DNA of 64,000 bases. It comes from Tubiluchus corallicola. Lineage: Eukaryota > Animalia > Priapulida. The stretch spans positions 10,070 through 74,069 of the forward strand of contig JAQGDQ010000975.1 of NCBI GenBank assembly GCA_030141605.1, in the 5' to 3' direction. Position numbers and translations under genes: made by a program. Shown here piece by piece: positions 14,016 through 47,420 of this stretch (the first letter of the stretch is position 1; each line of letters starts with the position of its first letter). Below the pieces are notes generated by a model that saw only the letters and a list, made by a program, of their open reading frames with translations, had not been told where the DNA came from and ran no database searches.

Positions 14016-14457
14016 CAGCCATGAAAACAGTCCTGTCTTAACTGACGAGATGTGGCACTGATTTAACTCTTTGTGCTAGGACATAGTTGCCTAGTATGTT
14101 GCCAACTTGGGCTATGGAGCATGTCTCACGTTCCGGTGCCCCGTGTTAATGGCGATTCAACCGTGCTTTGCTGACATAGAGTTAGTTTTAGACTAAACCT
14201 GCTTCCACCGGTTCCATTATATTTTAAATCATCTTTGTTAATTAATAGATCTTGTTAATTTAAGCAATTTATTTTAGGTTTGGATTATTCACTTTCTACA
14301 ACACGATTTGGGACCCTACCCAAGCATAATACATGATGCATATTTACACCAAAAGTTTATGTGTACATAAGTTAAAGTCTTGTTAGTTCACCAGAACATC
14401 TAAAAGTGTTCTTGTTAGTATGGACCTAGTTAAAAAAATAAATGTTTTTCATGGCTG
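14016..14457. mobile_element. Non-autonomous DNA transposon (MITE), probable TA TSD
   Basis: CAGCCATGAAAACA ... TGTTTTTCATGGCTG inverted termini, flanked by CA and TA. Confidence 0.5.
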
Positions 14458-15437
14458 TAAAGCTGCTTGTTTGGGGCAAGAAACTTGGTAGTAGCACCAG
14501 AATACTTTGTAGTCTTTATTACGTTCTTGAGAAGCATTTCCACAAGGAAAGTCTCCAGCAGAACATTTTGTGCTTGACCGAAAAATAATTATTTCTATAA
14601 TTTTGTCAATTATGCACAAATGTTCATTAGTTTAGATTTACCATTCTTTGCTTGTTACAAAGTAAGGGGTCTAGGGTACAGCTATATTAAACCGCCTGGA
14701 TACAACTAATGGCATGTGGCAGAGTAAATAGCGATGAAACAGCACTGCATATAATCCGCTTGTAATTTTATGAGCAAAAACTTATCTAAATTGATTTTGA
14801 AACTTCCCACACCTTCCCTTAGTTGCATTATTCATTTGAAAGAACTTCCCCGTGGCCAAGTTCCAATGGCTTCACCATTCCTGACAATTAGATCAAAATA
14901 TTTTGATCGTGTGTCTTATTAACGGTAAACCGGGGCCTATCTTAAACTATAACTCAAAACAATATACCCTGTAAAATATTGAAAGGAACGTACTATTTTT
15001 TCCAAAAATATATGAAAGAAAACCTATGTGAAAGAATTATTACCACAGCAACGTAATTTCGCATTTGCGCCGCTAGTTCTCTATGGTTACATGCATTTCG
15101 TCGTTCGTTAGTTAGACGGGCACTACCGCCTAGATCTCGAAAACGCGCTGCACAAAAATGGGGTTCTGTACCTCTTAGCTCAAAGGCGTTAAGTTGTGAC
15201 GTAGTACATACTTTTCCAACGGAACTTGTTTTCTTTAATTTAAGACAAATTGCAAAAGTGCGTGAAATCGATCTTGTAACAATTGCATAATTCTTTTTAG
15301 TTGTTGATGTATATTATTTATTGTTACGGGGGAGAAATGTCATTTATTTTCGACCCCTCCCCCACCAAAGCCTCTAAAATCTTGAAATCTCGCCTACACT
15401 GCGGTACACTTGTCCGATCGAAGCTATTGCTTTTCAG

Positions 15438-17664
15438 GGCCCGGTTTCACAAAGCCATCACTAAACGCCCGCTGTGACTAAAGCCGTTCAGTGATGGCTC
15501 AGTGACGTTGTCACTATTGAGAGCATTTTGCTGTTTCACAAAACAATGTCGTCAGAGCGTCACTAATTAGTGACTAAATAAACTGCTACAGGAAGTGCAT
15601 ACTGCACATGCGCGTGCGTCATAAAACCATATACAGTGTATAAGTAGCTACATTGAGCCTTACCAAACTGGGAATATGATTTCTGGGCATTGTCATTAAA
15701 ACTTACTTCGCGCTTGCGTACATAAAAGCTAATAGTCTGCATTACAGTACAGTAATTTCTGATGCACTACAATCGCATTTGTTCATTAAATAATTTTTTA
15801 AAATAATTTGAGTTTAGCGCATTTATTTTCCCTGTATTAGTGCATTTATTTTGTAACTTACAAACATAATGCCAGGATGATTTGTTGCATAAATCATAAT
15901 AAGTGGGGCAAATTTATCGAGTCTATAAGATTCTTAGTTTATACTGTCTGCTTAACTAAGTTTAGCATATGTTAACATGGCTCTATTCCCGTCACGTAGC
16001 CTTAATACATTAACTTAAATTTATATTACAGTCACTCTTCCGGTGCTTCTTGTTTGCAAGTAACTGTAAACTATAGATGAATTGCAGCCAATAACATAAT
16101 AATAAGGAAAATGAATATCTTGGCATACTGGCTTTGTCTTTATAATTTAAAACCACGAATTTTCGAGCCTGCGGGTCGTCTGGTTTTAAAATTGTAAATT
16201 GTTATCATACCTTTTTCTAAGTCAAATAGTACAAATAAATTATCGTGATATTTTTAATTGCGAGTTTTTATAATTAATCTAATTTTACCTTAAATTATTC
16301 TAACTTTCGCTGACAAATAAAAAAATCAAACATCTCCTGCTGCAGTTATTTACAGCAGTATAAGTGGTGTTGCTCTGCGCACGACTTACAATATTTCTTT
16401 TTATTGTATTACCTCAGGTTAAATCTGTGCCTCTATAAAAATTAACCTATATGCTGTCATATTTCATTAACAAGTAAACAACAATGTCGTATTTTTGACA
16501 ATGGCCCCTACCAAATAGGCCAAGTTTTCACAAAATAATACTATTAGGCGCCCAGCTCCTGCCCCATGTTAGGCAACAATGTAATGTAATCTAAACGAAG
16601 CAAAGGCCATTCTGTCTGCATTTGTAAAAATGCTTCCGCCCAGGTAGATAAAAAATAAGCGGCAAAGATTTAGCGCTAAAGAGTTAGAAATATTAGTTGC
16701 TGAAGTTGAAAGTGTATATTGTTTAACAAACTCAGCACAACGTGCAGCAATGAGAGAAAGAAAAAAGAATGGAATACCATAGTATCACCGGTAATTAAAG
16801 CAACATTTCTGATATTTATACGTCCAGTCACTGTGACTTGCATGAGTTTTGTACATTAGTAAGCGTGCTACACGTGTGTGTGAGTCAATTTTTCCAAGTA
16901 CATTTGGAAAGTTTGCCAAAACGTGAAATTTTTCCTTGGTTTCGTGCACCATGTCTCTCTGTCGTGGTATCTGAATGTAATGCTCTTTTATATCCATTAA
17001 TGCTGTGCCTGCAACCCTTTGAAAACTGAAGAGCCACGCCTAACTGAATAATGGGGGATAGTGTGAAGGATCGTGACGTAGACCTTCTCAAATGATCCGC
17101 CAGTTGTTGCAGCAAGTTAAAAATTATTGGGCTTGAGAAACGATATCTTGCAATTGTCGTGCCGTGTCATCAAATACAAGAGGATCTTGCCTGTCTCTTA
17201 ATAAACGATTTATTTTTCGATTTTGAGCTCTGTTTTTTTCAATTAATAAAAAGTTAGCAATGTTCTGCCAATCATGGACGATGTAGAATTTTATATTTAG
17301 GCTTCAGTGAATAAGTAATCGGTAATTAATTTAAGCCTGACCGAAAAATAAATAGCAAACAATTCTAAAAAACCAATGCTATATATGTTCTATAATGTTC
17401 TGGGGCAATGAAGCTAAGTGAATTAAATTTATATGACGGAAACCCTCATGTTCAGAGCACTATGGTAGTACATATTATACGGCTTCAAATATAATGATCA
17501 TGTTAGTGATTGCTTAACGATTGACTATTTTTGTCACTAAATAGTGACGGCCTTAAAATTGTAACGGCTTTGTGAAACGCAAACGGTAACGAGCTCGCTA
17601 AAATCGTCACTAAATTGATAATAACGACGTTGTTAACTTAGTGACGACTTTGTGAAACCGGCCC
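15438..17664. mobile_element. Internally deleted PIF/Harbinger transposon with transposase relic (-) and Myb/SANT-like relic (+)
   Basis: 27-bp TIRs are GGCCCGGTTTCACAAAGCCATCACTAA / TTAGTGACGACTTTGTGAAACCGGCCC, with a 3-bp CAG TSD on both sides. The minus strand at ~17275-16870 is frameshifted and reads ...RLLRDRQDPL..RYRFS..LQQLADHLRRSTSRSFTLSPIIQLGVALQF..KEKFHVLANFPNVLGKIDSH (Harbinger FPxVxGxIDxxH motif). The plus strand at ~16650-16785 reads KRQRFSAKELEILVAEVE..KKKEW. Confidence 0.85.
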
Positions 17665-20238
17665 CAGGTATAAAGTGGTCTATAGATATCGCATCACGTC
17701 AATCAACCAGCAGGGCTCCGCCTTGCAATGGCCAATTAGACCCGCTGTTTTTGGCTTTAGCAGCTTTTCGATTGCTGACGCCAGGACTTACTCCCAAGCT
17801 CACCGGTATTTGCATATGAAGCCCATAATAATATAGGTAACGTGTATGTTCATGATTGTTTTTACTTATTAAAATCTTTAAATAGCATTGAAAGAGAGTA
17901 CAGAACGATGAGGCGTTGTGCTTTGCGCGCATGTCATGTTGGATGTTTGGTACCAAGAAAGGATAGAAGTGCAAGTTGTTAGTTTTCCCAATCACAAATC
18001 TCACATACTACTAATATTTCAAAAACATAAATTACTGAAGCAAAGAAATAATAAATATAATAAAAGATGCATTATTCACAACCTGTTGTCTTTCTGCTTT
18101 TTTAAATCTTGGAAGGCCAATTTCACGGTGATGACGTGCTGCCCACACCCCAGGGAGAGATTCCTTGCGGCTAAGTAGTTGTAGCTGTAGCTGGACGCGC
18201 AAGAAAAAAAACGCGCGATTTCACTGTAAAATGGACTTCCTTGCTGCATGGCATTTCAAGAAAAAATTGCAAACTTTCTAAATATTTTCAGATTTTTCGC
18301 CAGCAGTTACACGCGTCATTTCTTTTGCGTTCTCACTGTGAAATGGGTTTAAGTTTCTGGTGTTTTACGAGGGAATTCTTTTCAGATCTGACCCTGTAGT
18401 GACGCACTGCTACTGTCACAGAGGGCAGCAACTGTGACATGATGACAATGACGGCGACAGAAATCACTAAGGACGTTCGGCCTAGTAGTAACAAAGATAC
18501 ACTCAGATGGCTGTTGAATGGAAAAGGCTCGTTTCTGCGTGCTATGAATTTAGAACATTTTAAAACGATAAAGATAAATTGTTGCAAAAGATAGCAAGCA
18601 AACAAACAAACAAGCAAAAACAGTAAGCTGCAAAACGCTTATAAACTGCATAATACTGTGTTAAACCTTAAGGAACGATAGCTTTCAATGTCGAAAAGCT
18701 ATTGTAAATGTCTTAATCGCATGAATGGCTGATGGAGTTCAAGGTTTAGTAATGTATTTTTGGTCATACGATGCTTGACCTTTTTATTTACTTTTGTTAA
18801 TGCAAGTTTGGGACCACCGTTACCGTGTATTTCTTCCTGTTTTAGAGCATGAATTTGAGCCAGAAATCTTTCGATCATAACTCCGGCGCTCTAAACTAAG
18901 TTCATGTGTACGGCTTGTGCGTTGCTGGTTTGCTTTCCAAAGGTCTCTGGTTCAAATCCAAGCATTGTCAAGACTTGCATTTACTTTCGGACATGTTTAT
19001 TTGTGTGTTCTTTCCATCTTTGATAAATAATCTTGATATTAAGACGTATGAATAGTTAAATAGCATTGACATTACACAAAATTTACATTTATACATTTTG
19101 ACAGATAGTTTTTGGCAAATGGGATATGTTAACTATACTGCATAGTGTATACTTTTGTCCCCTTGTTTAATTATCAAAAATCTTTTGAAATCAGGCACCG
19201 ATCAGACGCAGGGCAGACAGATAGCCCAAGATAAGGTCATAATATTAATCGCTCATTACGATTCCATTATAAAACACTTACATCTCATAAAAAACAGTTT
19301 AATGCAATTATTTCTACTCAATTTTCAAATAAGTTTTTAGCTGTGAGCTGTGAGATACTCTTATTATGGGCTGTCAACCAAACCATTATAATTCATACCA
19401 TGAAAGCATATGGAACTGTGTGACAGGTAGCCATAAAGACAATAATAACGCCACTCTCATCCCGTCATTCGAACCTGACTCATATTGAAATAGATCGTTT
19501 TACATGCACTCGCTTCCTGCCAGACCCTCCATTAACATCATCCTTCGCGGTTGCGTACCTATAGGCAAATTGGCTAAACTAGCTATTAAAGTTAATGGCC
19601 GGCGTATTTTGACTATTTGTTGCAAAACAACTCGAGCTATTTAGTCGTTGATATTTCCACGGTCGCCCATTTCCAGTCCTAATCTGCGGAACTGTCAAAT
19701 TGTAGCCCTTGCCTAAAAGCGTATCATTAGTAAAATACTGGAAAATGCCATTTGTTGGGTATAGATAGCTAGGGAGTTATGGACGAAAGCTGCAGTCAAT
19801 GGTGCACGAAGTGTGACATGATGATGATGATAGTTATGATGAATATGATAACAATATCAGCATCCTCATTTCCTTTCTCTGACACATGCGTGGAGCTCAC
19901 GCATTTTGATGAACCCCCAACTCTCTCTTCGACGAAAAGATGTCTGAAGATGCGAACAGACGTCGATTCAAAAGATTTTTAGTTGCTCCTCGGTTGGTTA
20001 AAATGTTCATGTAATTAGCTACAAGCGTTGAAAGCCAATTTGCCAGAACACTGCAAAAAAAACTAAAAAGTAAACACAAACAACGAATAAACAGACTCAT
20101 CAGTGAGGCCACAAGCAACTACCTATCAACACCCAATCTGTTTCGTATAAGCGACCATTCACGCGATGATTTGTAGTTAAAATCTTGAGCCGGCGAATGT
20201 TTAAGAAACTGAAGAGTTGATGGTAAAGTGTTAAAACG

Positions 20239-23200
20239 ATGACGCAGTGCACGAAAAGACACGAAGTGGTGACGAATACGTCGACGAAATTCACCATTGA
20301 CAACATCTTGTCGAAGCCCGCGGATTGTGTCAAAGACTGTCAGGGTTACAGTTTCCTATCGGTTCCATGTATCTACCAGCCGGGTAGAGAAAAGCCGGAC
20401 ATGAGCCAAACAAGCAGGAATAGTCAAGAAGCTGTAGCTGTCGGTGCATCGTCGTCAGTGTTTCCTGTGACGTCACGTGTGACAGAGACTTCAGGTAAGA
20501 TCGCATTAAATTTACATTATACGTCCATTAAACGTGCATGTAAACGCAAAATGCCACAATAACTAGGTTAATGCTGATAAAATGTTGCTAAATAATTACA
20601 AAATTAGATTTTCAGATATTAGCTGTGATAGGCCAGAATTAAACTGCTCAGTTTTCTGCGTTTTTAGCACTTTTTGAGACCAATTTTAGCAGCACAAAAG
20701 GTGACATGGGATTCATAGTTCTTATTAAACGAAGACATACCTGTTTCTATTGACACTAAGAAACTTTATAAAAGCATCATCCACAACAGTCGAAAGGGCA
20801 ACTGTCATTGTATAAGGACGTGGAATAGATCTAAACTGAAGGCTTGGGGCCTATAAATAGATACTCATTAATATGTTTGCAAGCGGATTTGTTCTGTTTC
20901 ATATTACAATTTACAATAATGTAAATCTCTTAGCATATACAGCAGTTACTATTTCCGTATACTAGAGGGCACCTAAGCCTTTTATATTTGCTATTAAAAG
21001 TACATTTACAATTCTCTTTTATTGTATACTCGTTAAACTATCTTAGAATAACCTTTGTAGCTTTATGATGCTTGTGTCTTAAATTACCATACCTGGTGCA
21101 ATAAATATTCTCTGAATTAAGTGGCGTTTACCTGGCATCCGGAATGCGTATGCGTTGGGAGTGCGGAATAGATAAAAGTAAAATTGGTTTATATTGTTTT
21201 CAATGCAATCGTTTATCAGACCTGCGTTATGCGTTATTTTCTTCTGCAGTTATTTCCGATTGATTTTTACTCCGCAAGTGGATAACGCATAACGCATTCG
21301 GATGCTAGTATGCCACTTTATAATGTAAACTCGATGTTTGTCGGTAACGCACTCTCACGAGCTGCTCAGAAAAGAAAAGGTCTTGTGTTCGAATGCCACC
21401 TGAACGGGGAAAATTTTTTAGATTTTCTAAATTAGTGTTATTTTCGTGCATTTATCCGTGGTGATTTTATCAAAAATTTAATTTTGTTGCTTGTCATATA
21501 GGTAGCAAGTCAGAGCATTCTATTGAAGACAGGAAGAAGAGGCCACGAACTGCATTTAGTACCGTGCAAGTGAAGGCATTGGAGGCTGAGTTTGAGAAAA
21601 ACAAGTACCTCTCCGTCTCTAAACGACTAGAACTTTCCAAACTATTAAAACTTACAGAAACACAGGTAGGAGCTACGTGAAACTACAACTTAAACTAAAG
21701 ATATCGCAAAGTTCGTCCCTATAGCTGGCATAGTTAATCTATATAGTTACTGTGAGCGATCTAACCCGAGATCTATTGGAAATGCTGAATTTGTTGACTA
21801 TAAGAGATGATCACCGGGGGATTTACAAAACTTGTGCAATCATTAATTAGTTTACATAAACTACCGTAGTAAGCGTCTACATTAGACAGTTATACAAATA
21901 CTGACAAATACTGTCTACATCCATAGAATTAGCAAAAACAGAGATGGAAATGGCTCAGCAACGGCACACCTGCCAACTTTCATGTGTTAAGCTTGTGTCA
22001 CACTCGTTTTAAGTCTCTCACATGCGCGCATCAAATTTCAGTTCTTACATCCCATAGCTTCGCGAACAAGTTTGCATATCACCTGGCTTCTTTTGCCAAA
22101 AGCGCCGACTACAACATAATTAGTAATAGTATCCTCAATAAGACAGTAGCGTTCACGAGTCTTACAATGCATATTACACTAAAGGGTATTAAGCACGTTT
22201 GGCAGCTATTGAGCCTTTCTTCATACTTTTGGCAGCTATTGAGCCTTTCTTCATACTTTTGGCAGCTATTGAGCCTTTCTTCATACTTTTGGCAGCTATT
22301 GAGCCTTTCTTCATACTTTTGGCAGCTATTTAGCCTTTCTTCATACTTTTGGCAGCTATTGAGCCTTTCTTCATACTTTTGGCAGCTATTTAGCCTTTCT
22401 TCATACTTTTGGCAGCTATTTAGCCTTTCTTCATACTTTTGGCAGCTATTTAGCCTTTCTTCATACTTTTGGCAGCTATTGAGCCTTTCTTCATACTTTT
22501 GGCAGCTATTTAGCCTTTCTTCATACTTTTGGCAGCTATTTAGCCTTTCTTCATACTTTTGGCAGCTATTGAGCCTTTCTTCATACTTTTGGCAGCTATT
22601 GAGCCTTTCTTCATACTTTTGGCAGCTATTGAGCCTTTCTTCATACTTTTGGCAGCTATTGAGCTTTTCTTCATGTGTATAAAAGAACATATTTATCTAT
22701 AAAACATAGCGAACTGCAATATCAGCACAGAAACCTCAGTAGTACAACCAATTTACCTTAATTTTGATAATTTGATTTTGATACCAAAAAGCAAAAAAAA
22801 TTTCGATATAATTCCCCCTTGGACTTACGAGATTATACCGGAGCTTTCTATGCGTCACACGTATTGTTACATTAAGTGGTTGGGAGGTCTGCAAGTGTAA
22901 CCCATCATTCACTTGACAGATAGATGCTGCGACCCAAATCCAACATGATCCACGCCTGTGACCCGCTAGTACTAAAGTGACCGGTGTCCCAAGAGAGATG
23001 GCCCATACTGACCTAGTCTTAATTGCCTTATTTGAATATTAAGGTGTCAAACTGGAAAAGCAGAGTTCATTTTTACAATTACGGCGGTGATAAAGCTGGA
23101 AAAAATATTTAAAATAGGATAGAAACCACGGATAAAGATTAAAACGCTATTGCATATAGAGTGGTGTCAAGATTTTATAATTTTCACTTAAAAACCATCA

Positions 23201-24110
23201 GCTCAAAAACGTTTTGCTTTTTAGCAAGTATAATTCTGTAATTTTTACCCGAGTTACTTGAATCTGGCTTGAAATCCGCAGCCATGTTACCCACCAGAAA
23301 ACTGCGACCAAAATCATCCACAAGCTATGCCCCGCGCACCGTCACATTTCCAGCTCTCGCTGAAATCTACTGGTATAAGAAGTTGTACATTAAGTTGTTT
23401 CTATCTGAGATATTTCTGGGTCAGTGAATAGAGTAAGGAAGTGCTCAAAAAGGCTAGCATCAGCATTTTGTTGATTAAATAGTCAGACGATCCAATTTGT
23501 AATTCAACCATTTCATAACAGCCACTGCCTCTCAAAGGCTTTAATATAGGGTTTTTCCTGTTAGCCAGTCAGTATTTAAGTTATTACGTTTGCATTTACT
23601 ACTAATGCATATGTGACTTTAATGTTTTCTTCAAATAAAAATATTGTTTAAACTAAGACAACCACACTTGGAAAATAGGTTTGTGTCCAGGACATTATTA
23701 ATCTTCTTTTTTCCCTTAAAATTTATGTGTAAGCCATTCATTGCTGCTAGATCACAAAAGACATGGCGTAATAATTAGCTAAAATGTGTGAATTATGGTA
23801 TCTATAGATCAAGATTTGGTTTCAAAACAGACGAACAAAATGGAAGCGGAAGTACACCAACAACCTAGAGTTGATGGCACATCAGTTCTGCTTTCCTTTT
23901 GACGCATCGCCTCACCCGAGTTACACATCCTCTAGATGTTGGTCTGCCAGTAATGGATTCATACCAATGTCGACTGATATGAGATATTACTACTGGCTTT
24001 TGCAGCACAGAGACGTTCTCTCCAGAACAGCTTCAGAAATCCGGGCAACGAACGTGGCTAAAACGGAAAACCATAGACCTAGAACAATTAATAGATCGAT
24101 GACGCCATAA
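20239..24110 (+). CDS. Nedx: NKL (ANTP-class) homeobox protein, Nedx / lateral muscles scarcer family, 240 aa; exons 20239-20494, 21502-21665, 23808-24110
   Basis: Exon 1 has an eh1 motif (KFTIDNIL). The spliced homeodomain reads RKKRPRTAFSTVQVKALEAEFEKNKYLSVSKRLELSKLLKLTETQ|IKIWFQNRRTKWKRKYTNNLELMAHQF, matching the remembered Nedx/lms signature (KRPRTAFS..Q.KALE.EFE..KYLSV.KR; KWKRKYT..LE). Introns are GT-AG with phases 1 and 0, 723 nt in total. Dlx is adjacent. Confidence 0.9.
21119..21318. mobile_element. ~200-bp palindromic MITE in Nedx intron 1
   Basis: aagtggc..tggcatccggaatgcgtatgcgtt pairs with aacgcataacgcattcggatgctagtatgccactt. Confidence 0.5.
22198..22674. repeat. 30-bp minisatellite, 16 copies (TTTGGCAGCTATTKAGCCTTTCTTCATACT), Nedx intron 2
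   Basis: Directly visible. Units are identical apart from one G/T site (10 G, 6 T) and a slightly diverged last copy. It explains the repetitive ORFs 21984-22682 and 22109-22690. Confidence 0.98.
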
Positions 24111-25914
24111 GTTTACAATATGAGTCCCAGATTTTGCTGGGCAAATGCAGCAAACATAGACCTAATGCTGACTGCCGTGAGATTTTATCACAAATATGCA
24201 TCAATTCTGACGTGTTTTCCATGCCTTAAAATGTTTAGTAGCAAAATTTTTCAGCGTGAATTGGCGCAACCTATTGCCATCTATCGTCGGGAAATGCAAA
24301 TGCCAAATTAAACATGCGCAGTAACTCTCCATAATTTTGCTTCTAATTGAACGTTTGCATTACTTCTAGTTTATAAACGAAAACTTCTAATAGTTGGGAA
24401 ACTACAGCAATTTTGAATCGCGAAAATCATGGAGTTCGCAATCGTGCAAGAGATGTTACATGTCCCGGCTGACTGCCATCATGTTATGTGTTCATAGTAG
24501 TGACGTAGTAACAAAAATTACATAATATAATACTTGGAAGCGAAACCAATCTAAGCAAAGTGCTGCCAGCTTGTGACAGAAATCGACAACAAAAGTTCAC
24601 AGCACAGCCACTGCCTCGTAAAGAAATTAGTAGGCATATTCTTGTTAGAACTTCGTAGAGCATTTATAAATTCACCCTAATAAAATTATTGATACTAAGT
24701 TTAATTTAGGATTCTCAGGCCTGAAGTAAGGCCCGTTATTATAGACAATCAAAGAAATCAATACTGTAATTGAAAGAAATAAAGCATATTCAATCTGTAG
24801 ATAATGTAAGAAACAGATTAGAAATCCATATTACGTATGAATAAGTTTTAACATTTCTCAGTTTAAGATCTTTAAGACATCTCAATTTAATTACACGTAA
24901 TAACGTTCTGAAAATCATAATTTATTAGAAAAAGAAAACAAAATCTCAAATTGTTGTAAAATTAACTAATAAACTATTAGACCATTTTTGAAGCAACTGT
25001 GACACTTACAAGACAGCACCATCTAAGTTTGGAAATAGAAAATTTTGTAAAGACTGACAGCTTTTGAAAATAAATTATTTAGCACGAAAATGAATTGTCA
25101 TTAAAGACGATTCTCAATGTGTTGCTGAATTATTAATGTTCTCGTTGTCTTACTAGCAAACCACACGATATGTTTCTGGCACAGTGTCGATGCTACAACA
25201 ATACCGACCACGAAAGCTTTAAGTTAAGAACTGTAATATGTAAAGAAAGAACTTGACCAATTTTTTAATATCACGATACATTTATTGTACATCTTAGAAA
25301 AGAAGAAGTGTAACTGACAACAGTTAAACATATTGTCACATTCTAGATCCTTAATTTGCGACCATAGGAAATTTTAGTTGAATGAAAGAAAATTAAACTG
25401 GCAAATATACAAAAAGGAACGTTTCATTTATTCACAATAATAACTATGTACATAATATATATAATAATAATTATAATAATAATAAATTTATTTCCAACAG
25501 ATGAAATTATGTTCAAGACTTTGGTGTTGTCTCTCGTGACAAAATAACTTACAATAAATACTGTTAGGCCTAGTATAATACAAATAATAACATTCATTAC
25601 AAGAACAGTAGTATACACAAAATTAACAGCTGCTTTTAGTGGTTGACAGTGTAGTATGAGTAAGTTCTAGGCCTATTACACCATGATTATGTAAAATTAT
25701 ATAATCACATGAGAAAACAGAGTTAGTTACAAAACACATTTAGGTTGAGATTGCCTGGAAAAAACAGCAACAAAAAAGAAAACTAATGAAGTTTACCATA
25801 TTACCATATTACAATTAATCGTACAGTGAAGGCCAACAAAAATAAAAAGAGAAAGAACATGATGAGTGAAACAGGCGAAAAAAAAGAACCAGAGAAATAG
25901 AGAGGGGGGTGGAA

Positions 25915-26005
25915 AGAAAGAGAGAGAGAGAGAGAAAGAGAGAGAGACAGAAAGAGAGAGAGGGGAGAGAAAAAGAGAGAGACAAAAAGAGAGGAGGAGA
26001 GAGAA
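25915..26005. repeat. Imperfect (GA)n microsatellite between Nedx and Dlx (probably in the Dlx 3' UTR)
   Basis: Visible GA/AG run. Confidence 0.85.
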
Positions 26006-26870
26006 ACGAAGAGGGGGAGTAGGAAAAGCACTGACACCAAAATTGCTTTATTTTGTCTGCACACTGATCATATTCATTAAAATTGATGGATAGTATGGAG
26101 AAATGTGATAATCAGGTTACGAATCATTGTTATGGAAGCTTTGCGTGGCAAACTGTGTTTAAAATTGCTATATAACAATACCTATTTTCTCCAAGAAGTA
26201 ACAAAAAACAGCTGTAGAAAACATTCAGAAAAATGGATATTGCTAACATAGACACAATTTGCCATAAGCAACAAGTGATCTACATAAATAAAACAATTCA
26301 CATTTTCGTTTTCCACGTATAGTAGGACAAAGATTACCATCACTTAGCCACTTACTGCATATTTTAAGACTTACTCTGACTTTACATTATTTAACTTACA
26401 TTTGAATTTGAAGTCCAAGCATTTTAGACATCAATGGGTACAAGCTTTACAACATCGTAGCTACATTATATTTACACATCTACAACATTTTTGAATAACA
26501 TTTTAGGCTTACGTTTCATCTACAGTCAGGTTGTTTTCAGAAGTTCAAGAACAAGTAATTTTCAAATGAATTTTAAGAATAGTTTTCCTCATCACCAAAC
26601 CGTTTCTCAAATAATTTTAGTTTTTTCACAGTAATGGAGCAGACCAACTTACAGTTATTTCAAATGTGATCTTAATAATTACCATTGTCATGCTTTGAAA
26701 TGTTCGATTTCATTATAGGGTTTGCAATAACCTACAAATAAGTGATGCTAATAATAAGTTTTTCATATCTTACTTGCTAACTTTCAATAAAACGGTGGTT
26801 ACAATTAACACCACGTAAACTGATTAAATAATTTACATTGCACGTACACCGGACAATTTCGCGCCCCCAA

Positions 26871-47253
<20,383 letters not shown>

Positions 47254-47289
47254 TGTGAGCTAGATAACCGAAAAAAATGTAGATAGCAA

Positions 47290-47420
47290 TTTCGACTTAT
47301 AAATGCGTTGAGTCTTAACTATAGTAACTCAACTAGCTACGGGAGAAGACGACGGTGCGCGTAAACTGTTATCAACGCTTGCTGGCCACGCCCAACGTCG
47401 CACGCTGATTGGCTAGCGCC
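47290..47420 (-). promoter_or_regulatory. Putative Dlx proximal promoter (CCAAT box, Sp/KLF CCACGCCC box, TATA-like element)
   Basis: Locally CpG-rich. GCCAATCAG on the minus strand (CCAAT 47412-47408), CCACGCCC at 47386-47393 and TTTATAAG at 47303-47296 lie directly 5' of exon 1. The TSS cannot be determined. Confidence 0.5.

Noticed and set aside
19779-19982. Met-rich ORF upstream of Nedx as a regulatory uORF
   Set aside because: It derives from a short (ATG)n repeat, and there is no evidence it lies within the transcript.
22198-22674. CRISPR-like regular repeats
   Set aside because: There are no unique spacers or cas genes, and the context is a eukaryotic intron.
21984-22690. 232-aa and 193-aa ORFs with 10-aa repeats
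   Set aside because: They are translations of the intronic 30-bp minisatellite.
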